From positions 72,230,001 to 72,294,000 of the forward strand of contig OX597822.1 in NCBI GenBank assembly GCA_951406725.2: DNA of 64,000 bases, in the 5' to 3' direction. Under the pieces are notes generated by a model. The model was not told the DNA's origin, made no database searches, and worked only from the letters and a program-made list of their open reading frames with translations. The translations under genes were made by a program, and so were the position numbers. This document shows, piece after piece, positions 43,818 to 54,780 of this stretch. The first letter of the stretch is position 1; each line of letters starts with the position of its first letter. Source of the DNA: Octopus vulgaris. Its lineage: Eukaryota.

Positions 43818-44235
43818 CTCTTTTACTTGTTTCAGTCATTTGATTGTAGCCATGCTGGAGCACCACCTTTTAGTCGAGCAAATCGACCCCCACGACTTAT
43901 TCTTTGTAAGCCTAGTACTTATTCTATCGGTCTGTTTTGCCGAACCGCTAAGTTACGGGGACGTAAACACACCAGCATCGGTTGTCAAGCGATGTTGTGG
44001 GGGGACAAACACAGACACACAAACACACACACACACACACACATACATATATATATATACATACATATATACGACGGGCTTCTTTCAGTTTCCGTCTACT
44101 AAATTCACTCACAAGGCTTTGGTCGGCTCGAGGCTATAGTAGAAGACACTTGCCCAAGGTGCTACGCAGTGGTACTGAACCCGGAACTATGTGGTTCGTA
44201 AGCAAGCTACTTACCACACAGCCACTCCTACGCCT
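43818..44235 (-). mobile_element. Full-length SINE family A
   Basis: Near-perfect reverse complement of 35060-35470. Confidence 0.9.
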
Positions 44236-44259
44236 ATATATATAACATGATATTATATA

Positions 44260-44624
44260 GTGGAGGTGCAATGGCCCAGTGGCTAGGGCAGTGGATTTGC
44301 GGTCGTAGGATTACGGTTTCGATTCCCAGAACAGGCGTTGTGCGTGTTTATTGAGCGAAAACACCGAAAACTCCCATGAGGATCCGGCAGGGGTGGTGTT
44401 GGCAAACCCTGCTGTACTCTTTTTCCACAACTTTCAGTCACTCTTTCTTCCTGTTTCTGTTCCAGTTGGTCCAATGAATGGAACAGCCTGCTCGTGAAAT
44501 TAACGTACAAGTGACTGAGCCCTCCACAGACACGTCGTTCTCTTAACGTAGTTCTTGGGGAGATTCAGCGTGACACAGAGTGTGACAATGCTGGCCCTTT
44601 GAAATACAGGTACAACAGAAACAG
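44260..44624 (+). mobile_element. tRNA-derived SINE family C
   Basis: GGTGCAATGGCCCAGTGGCTAGGGCAG...GGTTTCGATTCCCAG tRNA-like head; matches 63412-63730. Confidence 0.85.
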
Positions 44625-44674
44625 GTGAATTGAAGAAATGGAGTTGAACGAAGATTGAACAGAAATTGTTTTAT

Positions 44675-44765
44675 TGCATTCTACACGTGTTTCGAAAGCC
44701 ACAATTTACCAAATTCTGATTGAATAAGGAGACCATATTGTGTCTTTCTCTTCAGGAAGAAATAG
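44675..44765 (-). ncRNA. Type I hammerhead ribozyme in the PLE 3' end
   Basis: Minus strand: UUC-CUGAAGA(44755-44749)-GAAAGACACAAU...AUUGUGGCUUUC-GAAAC(44693-44689)-ACGU-GUA-GAA; palindromic stem III ACACGUGU; predicted cut between 44682 and 44681. Confidence 0.8.
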
Positions 44766-45059
44766 GAATTCCGTTGGCAAAAACAAAAACAGAACAGAGG
44801 CGCAGCAAAACAAATCGAACGAGGCTCCTAAGAGCCCATGGCCAAACTGCTTATCAATGTATGTTGAAATCGGGTGGTGGGTGCGTTGAAGATTTTAACA
44901 GGTCAGGCAGCGGTCATTCCGGTGGGTGAGAGCACGGGGTGCGTAGATGTTCTTTGTGACCGAGACTAAGGTCCTGACTATTTAAAGAATATTAGGTGTA
45001 TTATATGGGGCGAGGCAAAATCTACTTAGAAACATGTGTGTGTGAACTGTTCTATATGT

Positions 45060-45259
45060 GCGCGGCCGCAAGTTGGTAAAAAGCGCCACACACTGGTCAC
45101 TGCTGAAAAATCCGTCAGGCGGCAGAAAATATTTTATATGTTCGTATGTTCGTTTAATCGCGCGGCCGTCAGTTGGTAAACAGCCCTACACAATGGTCAC
45201 TGCTGAAAAATCCGTCAGGCGGCAGAAAATATTTTATGTGTGCGTGTGTTCGTCTAATC
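45060..45259. repeat. 100-bp tandem duplication in the PLE 3'UTR
   Basis: GCGCGGCCG..AGTTGGTAAA...TGGTCACTGCTGAAAAATCCGTCAGGCGGCAGAAAATATTTTAT twice, period 100. Confidence 0.9.
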
Positions 45260-45431
45260 ATGCTTTGTCAAAAAATCCCCCGTCGTCAAAACAAAACACC
45301 ATTAGCCTACTGGGAGTAATTCCCCTTGCAATGGTTAATCATATTTCTCTTAAAAAGCTTTTTCAAAATTTATTTCCAAGGGCTATTTTCATATAAGTAG
45401 GGTAACCGGGTGCAGGTATCATTTATAAGCG

Positions 45432-46817
45432 TCATTTATAAGGAAGATAAGTATAACGCCGCCAATGGGGGCATCGAAAAGCCGACTGTAAAAGTCCGTT
45501 TACCATCCGGTCTCTGGCGAACAATATATGGAAAAGCTCGGAGACACAAAGGTTGCACTTCCTTCTGCCCCTATCAAATGGGAGGGCCACCGACAAAATT
45601 GACCATTCCAGCCTGTAGCTTGAGTTCGTATTCTTCAATCGCCATATTAGCTTGCTAAGTCCCGTGGTCTGGCATTTATTCACGTCGCGAAAAGTTGCGT
45701 AATGGTTGGAGATTCGTAAGGCCAATTTTGACGATGAGGCCCCGACATATGAGTAGACATCTGAGTCCGTGTAAACCTTGCATTGGTAGACGGCGTTTCT
45801 GATCTTGGAGTTCCCCGACGTGAACTTTATTCTATTAGGATTAGTTTCTGAAATTAGAACTGCGTTACTGTTACTATATTTGTTGCGAGAACTGCAGTCG
45901 CTTACTACTTTATTTTCCACTAAGTCACTATTAACTAACGGAATAACCCCTGATTCTACACTACCACTCAGAGTGCTGTAATTGCTAGTGCCCGTGGTAC
46001 TGCTATTGCCGGAAACGATGCTGGAGTTGCTATTGGGACTCTCTACCCTAATGAGCCGAGTGGAGCTCACCTCAACACTGCCATTGTTACCGTTAATGAC
46101 ATCACCCTTATTTATATCTATACCCCTAGTATATAATCCCTGGTTGGAGCTGAGATTATCAGTCACTGTACTGGCTCTCATATCATTATTACTACTATTA
46201 TTATTCCTACTGAGCGTTAAACCGGGAGCGGAAGAAGCTGTGCCTCCGGAAAAAGGTGATAGGGTCTTAGTAAGCAGCCTATTATTATGGGAGGCGATTA
46301 TCTGGGCGAGGTTTTTAGTGTTGGAGAAAGCTATCCTAACTTTATGCGAGTTAACCGTGGAGTAATATTTGGAATTTCTGGGGAAGTTATTGGCGATGGC
46401 TTGTCGAAACATGAGGGGGAGGTTAGTTCTAATCTGCTTACCAAAGGGAATTACAAACCATATATGCTTATTCCTATTTATGTGATGGGTCGGGACGCCA
46501 GCTCTCGCATTCGGGTGGGTGATTCTCGGATTAATAACGGGTTTTGGGTTAGTGTGAACTCCCCCGGACCGATAATTATCCTTGTTCGCTAAATTAAATG
46601 CGGAAGTGACTGCCCCAGCACCCGCCGCGCTCCCGTCACTACTTAAATTATTTATGTTATTATAGACGGCCCTATCCTGATGACCGAATGATGGCATCGG
46701 AAGGGCCGGATCAATATAAATTACCTTCTGCCTATAACCGGCCTTGGATAGTGCGGCGTTATAAAATTCCGCTTTCTGCATAAAAATTGTGGCTTTCGAA
46801 GCACGTGTAGAATGCAA
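45432..46817 (-). CDS. Penelope-type linker plus GIY-YIG endonuclease, RT domain absent (461 aa)
   Basis: [68 protein letters not shown] match the C-terminal half of PLE ORFs. Confidence 0.8.
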   Translation of the reverse strand: MHSTRASKATIFMQKAEFYNAALSKAGYRQKVIYIDPALPMPSFGHQDRAVYNNINNLSSDGSAAGAGAVTSAFNLANKDNYRSGGVHTNPKPVINPRITHPNARAGVPTHHINRNKHIWFVIPFGKQIRTNLPLMFRQAIANNFPRNSKYYSTVNSHKVRIAFSNTKNLAQIIASHNNRLLTKTLSPFSGGTASSAPGLTLSRNNNSSNNDMRASTVTDNLSSNQGLYTRGIDINKGDVINGNNGSVEVSSTRLIRVESPNSNSSIVSGNSSTTGTSNYSTLSGSVESGVIPLVNSDLVENKVVSDCSSRNKYSNSNAVLISETNPNRIKFTSGNSKIRNAVYQCKVYTDSDVYSYVGASSSKLALRISNHYATFRDVNKCQTTGLSKLIWRLKNTNSSYRLEWSILSVALPFDRGRRKCNLCVSELFHILFARDRMVNGLLQSAFRCPHWRRYTYLPYK

Positions 46818-46868
46818 TAAAACGATTTCTGTTCAATCTTCGTTCAACTCCATTTCTTCAATTCACTG

Positions 46869-46985
<117 letters not shown>

Positions 46986-47721
46986 ATATGTATGTATGTA
47001 TGTATAGTGTTCCAGCAGTTGAAATATAACTGGCTGGATGTTTACAATTAAAAATCCTTTTCGGTATAAATAAGGGAAACAGTTACTTCTGTCATACTCG
47101 AAATGTCGACCCTCAAACTTAATATTAATTCCTAAGAATTTTTCTGTTAAACTCTCAGTTAGTTATGCGCCTACAATTATGTTCAAGATGAGTCAGTTTT
47201 TGAGTGCTTTGTTTTAATATAACTGAAAGATTGTGATTCCACATGCCTAGAAATCTGTAATTTACTTTACGAGAATTTCACGTAAACAGTTAGGACTGTC
47301 TATGTGAAATGGGGAAGAGTGCTTATCAACATTTGTTGCATCATTTATATACCATATGCAGGTTTAAAGTGCATTATTATATCCTAACATTGAACGTAGT
47401 GCTTTATGGCATGGTATGGCAATTTGCCATTACAGCTGAGTTTTGCTGGGGTGATATTACACAATGTGTCTGTGTTGTGGAATATTGTCATGTTAGATCA
47501 ATTAATATTATCTATAATGTACTTTATAAATTTCATAGGAAATCTTATAAATATGTATTGTTTTCTCTGGAGGTTTTCACTTGCCTGTGATTGATAATAT
47601 ATCTAGATAATTTGCTGTTTCTATGTCTGAGCTTATTGCAAAATTTAGATTGAATATTTTGAAAATATGAATTAGGTTGTCCATATTCTGTCCATCTATA
47701 TACATATATGCTGAGCTGAGA

Positions 47722-48050
47722 TCCTCTTCGGTCATGACTGACCATGGGATTGCACCTAGAAAGCTACCCTCCCAGGCACAAGTCCGGGCAAGGTTGTTTA
47801 TGGAATACCAGCATTCGCTCATGCATACTGGCCTCCCCATTCCACACCATCAGTGTTGTTATCCAAGTAAAGGCAAAGGGGCTGATACAGCTTGGCACCT
47901 GTGACGTCGCAACTCATTTCTATAGCTGAGTGAACTGGAGCAACGTGAAATAAAGTGTCTTGCTCAAGAACACAACACGCAGCCCGGTCCGGGATTCGAA
48001 CTCACAACCTCACGATCGTAAGCTCGACCCTCTAACCACTGCGCCTTCAC
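47722..48050 (-). mobile_element. tRNA-derived SINE family D
   Basis: Minus head GTGAAGGCGCAGTGGTTAGAGGGTCGAGC...GAGTTCGAATCCCGG; matches 31795-32117. Confidence 0.85.
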
Positions 48051-48145
48051 ATATATATGCATATTGATTGATCCATCTTCACGGATTATTGCCGTCTCCA
48101 TGTGCTTCCGCACCATCAAAGACATTTCTAAATTTCCACCCATGA

Positions 48146-48218
48146 CTTCTCAGATGACTGCTCAGTACCGCTGTAGATCCGCATGTTTCGAGGCATGAAT
48201 GACATACGAAAACTGAAA
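48146..48218 (-). ncRNA. Degenerate non-circularly permuted hammerhead-like motif
   Basis: CGUAUGU-C...CCUC-GAAACAUGCG (7-bp stem III) followed by an eroded CUGA-GAAG; outer helix UUCAGU/ACUGAG. Confidence 0.35.
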
Positions 48219-48744
48219 TTTATTGTGCGCTTCAAGTTGGTTAGTTCTGTACAACTGGTCACTCTTCCTCCGTCATAGGACTTCGGCAGATAGAATGACC
48301 ATGAAGAGACATCTCTATCACATAGGATTATAGTGATGAACGCTTATATAACACGAGTACCACTTTCTGAGTCTCTGTGATTAGTACATAGCTACAAGAC
48401 GAAGCGAGAAGACCAGTAGTCACAAGAAATCGCACATGAAACATCATAGTGTCCATCTTACAAAAGAATACTGTGGTAACAGCTAGAGTCCCTCACTCCC
48501 AGTGGTTTTACTGCGTACCCTGACACCAACCAAGTGTATTTCTGCGTCCACGTGCTCAGATGTATTGTCATCACATATGTTAGTTAACCCATAGCTGGGG
48601 CCTTGACAGGTGCTGCTATTCCAAGTCAGAGTAGACCACGGAACAATAGTATCTAAGAGGTGATTCCACACTCTTCAAAACTCTGGAAATTCTGGGCCAG
48701 AGCCCCACTACAGAACCCAGTTTAAAGTCATATCCAAAACACAT

Positions 48745-48955
48745 GTGCTGAAAAATTCCTGGCTTTAGATAAAAAAAATACATGAGGATCAATTAATTAT
48801 GATTTTATCCAATATATTCCCCTCTCATATTCACACACTTATTGCTGTGGTCCTCCAGGTTTTCTAAGCCCTTTAAAAGAACTCGGAAGGTTGGGCCTCC
48901 AACCAGGCATTTTGCGACACCCTTAAAGCTAAAAACCTTTCGGCGTGTCCTCCTA
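48745..48955 (-). mobile_element. Mariner-derived MITE
   Basis: Reverse copy of the 17649 family (LEDHSNKCVNMRGEYIG). Confidence 0.7.
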
Positions 48956-50183
48956 CATACATTCATGCGCGCGCGCACACACAAACACACAAACACACAC
49001 ATACATGTACAAGTGCAGTGAGTTTATACCATTTTAACACCCCCGTCTAACCTACGAGTGCTTTGAGTGGAGTCAAACCTTCGCTCCTAGTTCCAGACTT
49101 GGTGACAGGCTTCAAGTCATCTTCTTTAAGTGGGGAGATATATGTATATCAATGGTACCTTAAAACCCTATTTTAGAAATTTTATTAAAGTCCGCTGTAG
49201 TTCTTTTGAATAATATAAGAATTAGAAATCCCTAGCGATATTCAAAATTCCAGAAACACTAAAAGGTAGTGTGAATTTAAGTGCATAAATTTGAGCATTG
49301 GTTTTAATAGAAATTTCTTTTCACAGTAATATATAAAACCAATCTAAAAACAAGTAGACAGCACAGGTTAATAAAGAACTCGTTTAAAATCCGATAAACA
49401 TTGCGCAGACTCCGAAAGAAAACCAATTGCATTTTATTATCGTAATACAAATTTGTCACTGAAAGTCAAATGAGAAAGCGGTCTCCAATAAGCTGAGCAA
49501 AATAAAAAGAAACCATACAAAGATAGTGGTTTTATTTACAATCTGTGTGCAATTGAGCAACTCAAAATATTAAGTCTGACGACCAACTATTTCAGTATGA
49601 GAGAAATAACTGTTTCGTCTTGTTTACACATAAAAATTCCGATCAGAATTTTTCAAACGTATTTCTGCACATATCATTATTACTATTGCAAACCGGTTGA
49701 ATGTATTATTAATACTCAGTATTGGGATTGTGAAAATTCTGAAGATGTGTTCTTTAATTCAAAAATACAAGTTCAAGAAACGAGAGAAGCGTTATGCCCC
49801 ATAAGTTGCTTACTGTTGCTGTAAAATAACTGAAAATGTAATTTATACGCGAGGTTAATATTTCGAAATTTGTCGCTTAAAATTTCAGTATTTAAATATG
49901 TCACTTGAAAATATATTTGCAGCATATAATCCTATTTTAAACTTATATGCCTTTGTAAACAAGCGAGTACTTCAGTCAAGAATTATGCCCTTTAATCTGT
50001 TGCATGAATTATATGTAGGCCCCACATAACTGAGTTAGTCAATGAAATGGATGCCTTGCAGACTATTTTTAATGTTTTCCTTATGGAAGAAACGCTCAGT
50101 GACTGCAAAAATGAGAATTCGTAGAAACTACTAGTAAGTTGTTCCTCTATACTTTTATCGAGTACAAATTTATTATTCTTAAA

Positions 50184-50278
50184 CAGGAATATTATTGGCA
50201 ATGACTTCGAAGTTTCGGCCAGTCTGACGGATGGCTTAACTGGCCAAAACTACGAAGTCACCGTCAATAATATTCTTG
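50184..50278. repeat. 40-bp inverted repeat made of hammerhead/pLTR 3' halves
   Basis: Arms 50184-50223 and 50239-50278 match at 34/40; the minus arm reads GGCC-GAAAC-TTCGAA-GTC. Confidence 0.7.
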
Positions 50279-50299
50279 CTGATATCTATCTATATCTAT

Positions 50300-51340
<1,041 letters not shown>

Positions 51341-51349
51341 ATATATCTA

Positions 51350-51380
<31 letters not shown>

Positions 51381-51636
51381 ATCTATATCTATATATATCT
51401 ATCTATATCTATATATCTATATATATATCTATATATCTATATATATATCTATATCTATATATCTATATCTATATATACATATATATATACACATACATAC
51501 ATATATATATATATATACGTACAAACATACATACATATATATATATACATACATACATACATATATATACATACATACATACATACAAACATATACATAC
51601 ATACATATACATATACATACATACATATACATACAT

Positions 51637-51685
<49 letters not shown>

Positions 51686-51762
51686 AACTTAGAAAGGTTT
51701 TTGGCCAGTATTGGCCCAGGCCATGTCTAACTTAATAGCACCACCTGGCGAAGTCTTTCAGT

Positions 51763-54700
51763 TCAGGATTTGGGCACCAAGGCCCATTCGAGCAGAGAGT
51801 TATTGTTTGCGGAGACATATCCGGGTGTGGGTGGTTTGTCCGGTACTGTTTGAAGGAATTTGTCCAAAGACTTCTTGAATTTTGTGTGGTCAGTTTCTTT
51901 TTTGACGTGTCCTGGTGTAATGTTGAAGAGAGCGGGTCCAATTGAGGTGAAATAGTTGTGCCGTATTGTCGTTATGTGATGCGATTTAGATTTTTGTTGT
52001 GGACGGATGGCACGTGGTCCAAGCCTTGGATGCATTTTGAAGGTGATGCCAACATCATTCGGACAGTGCTGATGGAATATTTTCCACATCATACAGATAA
52101 TGTAGCGTTCACGGCGTCGTTGGAGTGAATACAATTTCAGCTTCTCTAGTCTACCCCAGTAGTCAAGGTCTGACATGCCATCTATCTTTTTTGTGATTGA
52201 CCTTTGGGGAGCTTCAATTCTCATAATATTTTGTTTTGTGTAGGGAGACCACAGTGGACAGCAGTATTCAAGGTGGGGTCGGGCAAAAGTGGAGAAGAGA
52301 AGGATAATAGCGTGGGAATCTCTCGACTGGAAGGTTCTGAGAATCCAGGAACACATTCTGCGGGCCATGTCAACTTTGCTGCTTATATGTGTAGCCCAGC
52401 TTATGTTGTTGTCCACTGTTACTCCCAGGTCTCTGATGTTGTTGGATGCCATGAGAATTTCTCCAGAAGGAAGAGAGTATGGGAGTTTCAGAGCATCCTC
52501 CCTTCCAAAGTGGATCAGTTCGAATTTGTCTTCATTTAGCAACATGTTATTCTTTTCCGCCCATTGGACAACAGCCAGTAGGTCTGACTGAAGGTTTATT
52601 CGGTCATCCACGCCATTGATGACCTTCTGGAGCTTGGAATCATCAGCGAAGGTTCTGATGTTACTGTGTTTGATGGTGTCAGTAATATCATTTATGTAGA
52701 TGATGAAGAGAAGTGGGCCCAACACAGTGCCTTGTGGGACACCACTGCTGACTTTGGCTGGGCTGGATTTGACTCCTTCGACTACAACATGTTGGGTTCT
52801 GTTAGACAGGAAGCACTTGATCCACTGCAGCAGCTTTCCAGTGACACCAATATTGGACAGCTTTCTCAGAAGGATCTTATGATCAACCCTGTCAAAGGCC
52901 TTGCTGAAATCAAGGTAGATGACATCAGTGTTGGAACCTTCTCCCAAGGCTCTCAAAATGTCATCAAAATGATGCAGTAGCTGCGTCAGGCAATCTCTCC
53001 CATTACGGAATCCATGCTGGTTGGGGTTCAGCATATTATGACTCTCAAGGAAGTGAGTCATACGCGATCTCAGCACCCTCTCAAATACCTTGATGATATG
53101 AGAGGTGAGTGAGATTGGACGGTAATTCACGGCAAGCGATTTGTTTCCTTTTTTGAAAACTGGGACAACAGACTGGGATAGAAGGTCTTCTGGTATATAT
53201 CCAGCATCCAGTGAGTTCCGCCACAGATTGGCTAGAGGGGGTGCAAGTTGGTTTTGACACATCTTCAAGACACAAGCAGGGAACCTATCGGGACCTACTG
53301 CTGAATTATGCTTCATTTCCTTTATTGCTGCTAAGACATCAGGAGCGCCAAATGTTATGTCCGATAAAGTGTATTGGGGAGTAACATCACTGATACAGCC
53401 CAGATCAGTCATATCAGGATTGCTGAAAACAGAGCAATATTGTTTCTGCAATATCTCTCCCATGGTTTTGGCATTGTCTTGAAGAGTACCATTTTCATCA
53501 ATCAGAGGGCCAACAGTAGAACCAGTGACTCTGTGTTTTTTTGCAAATGAAAAGAACACTTTGGGATTGAGTTTGATCTTCTCAATGGCCCAGGCCTCTT
53601 CAGCTCTTCGCTGACTATTGATGATAGACATCATGTTGTTTTGGAGTTTATGTTTTTTAATCTCTAGCGACGAGATGGCAGTCAGGTTGGTGTGTTGCTG
53701 TTGACAGTATTTCAGCATGTTGATCTTTTTGTTGATTCTTTTAATTTTCCTTATGAGAGATTTTCTATTTCTAGGGATTCGACACTTAGATTTGTTTGCA
53801 GATCTTAATGGGGTGTGTCTTGCACATATGTTCGTGATGGTGTCTACAAGTGACTGCCAGGACTTTTTGATGTTAGTGGGTGTGTATGTGTGCGTGAAGG
53901 ACCAATCGACTTGTGCAAGATCATTATTGATCGCTTCCCAGTTTGCATTGTGGAAATCCATAGTGTCAAATGGATGAACAGGAGGGATGACATTTGTTTT
54001 GCATTTTGGCCAGTGAAATCTCAGATCACAGAGAACCATGTCATGGTCGGAGAGTAGGGTTTTCTCCACTGCAATATTGTGGATAGTATCAGTGTGATTG
54101 CTGAAAATTAAGTCTAAGACGTTTTTGTGACATCTCGTTGGTTCGAGTACCAGTTGGGACAAGAAGAAGTCATCCATGAAGTCAAGAAGCGATTCCACTG
54201 CCTCCCTGTCAGGGGTTGAGAGAGAAGAACCTGGCGGCAGACTGTTTGTAGACCAGTCAACCCCGGGAAGGTTGAAGTCTCCCATCATTAAAATGTTGTC
54301 AGGTTGACACTGCTGAATGAAACACTTTATGCTGTTGAGGCATTCCTTGAAGCATGGTAGGGGCGTTTGGGGTGGTCTGTAGAGCCCAACTACTGTTAAG
54401 TTGTTGGTTTGACTGAATACAGCGACTGCTTCGCAGTATCCATTGGAAAATATGTTCATGGCTTCTGTTGAGAATGAATCATGGACATAAATGGCAGTCC
54501 CACCCTTTCTTCTGCCAGCACGATCAGCACGAATGGTTTTGAAATTTTTAACTTTCACCTCGGCTTCCAAGTGGAGGTCACTAAGATGGGTTTCAGTGAG
54601 GACGAAGAAAGGGATGTGGTTTGGATGGGCCTCGACCCAGTCCTCCAGGAATCTTATCTTCCATTTTTGTGTATTGGTGGAAGGGCTGATGCCTTGGGCA

Positions 54701-54780
54701 TTAAGCAGAAATGTTGAGGCGAGAGTGGATGGTTTTAATTGTTTTGGTGATTTGTTTATTTGATTGCTTTTTAATGGCAT
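51763..54780 (-). CDS. LINE ORF2: APE endonuclease plus reverse transcriptase (1005 aa, intact)
   Basis: APE motifs LNAQG, LTETHL, GLYRPP, MGDFNLP, LDLIF, SDH; RT motifs NYRPISLTS, QHGFR, YLDFSKAFDRV, SGVPQGTVLGPLLF, FADD, RDLGV. Confidence 0.97.
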   Translation of the reverse strand: MPLKSNQINKSPKQLKPSTLASTFLLNAQGISPSTNTQKWKIRFLEDWVEAHPNHIPFFVLTETHLSDLHLEAEVKVKNFKTIRADRAGRRKGGTAIYVHDSFSTEAMNIFSNGYCEAVAVFSQTNNLTVVGLYRPPQTPLPCFKECLNSIKCFIQQCQPDNILMMGDFNLPGVDWSTNSLPPGSSLSTPDREAVESLLDFMDDFFLSQLVLEPTRCHKNVLDLIFSNHTDTIHNIAVEKTLLSDHDMVLCDLRFHWPKCKTNVIPPVHPFDTMDFHNANWEAINNDLAQVDWSFTHTYTPTNIKKSWQSLVDTITNICARHTPLRSANKSKCRIPRNRKSLIRKIKRINKKINMLKYCQQQHTNLTAISSLEIKKHKLQNNMMSIINSQRRAEEAWAIEKIKLNPKVFFSFAKKHRVTGSTVGPLIDENGTLQDNAKTMGEILQKQYCSVFSNPDMTDLGCISDVTPQYTLSDITFGAPDVLAAIKEMKHNSAVGPDRFPACVLKMCQNQLAPPLANLWRNSLDAGYIPEDLLSQSVVPVFKKGNKSLAVNYRPISLTSHIIKVFERVLRSRMTHFLESHNMLNPNQHGFRNGRDCLTQLLHHFDDILRALGEGSNTDVIYLDFSKAFDRVDHKILLRKLSNIGVTGKLLQWIKCFLSNRTQHVVVEGVKSSPAKVSSGVPQGTVLGPLLFIIYINDITDTIKHSNIRTFADDSKLQKVINGVDDRINLQSDLLAVVQWAEKNNMLLNEDKFELIHFGREDALKLPYSLPSGEILMASNNIRDLGVTVDNNISWATHISSKVDMARRMCSWILRTFQSRDSHAIILLFSTFARPHLEYCCPLWSPYTKQNIMRIEAPQRSITKKIDGMSDLDYWGRLEKLKLYSLQRRRERYIICMMWKIFHQHCPNDVGITFKMHPRLGPRAIRPQQKSKSHHITTIRHNYFTSIGPALFNITPGHVKKETDHTKFKKSLDKFLQTVPDKPPTPGYVSANNNSLLEWALVPKS

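Larger units (their letters stand above)
44625..46866 (-). mobile_element. 5'-truncated Penelope-like element with an inverted pLTR fragment
   Basis: 83-bp inverted repeats at 44625-44707 and 46784-46866 (2 mismatches), GIY-YIG ORF, 3'UTR hammerhead, (TA)n on the right flank. Confidence 0.9.

Noticed and set aside
44260-44335. tRNA-like sequence (also 63412, 47975-48050 and 35060)
   Set aside because: These are SINE heads continuing into SINE bodies; no complete cloverleaf, so not called tRNA genes
44625-46866. Interpretation as a TIR DNA transposon
   Set aside because: No transposase or target duplication; the inverted repeat is the PLE 3' end containing half of the hammerhead
52204-54763. 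Several plus-strand ORFs within the LINE
   Set aside because: Antisense shadows of ORF2 with no independent motifs
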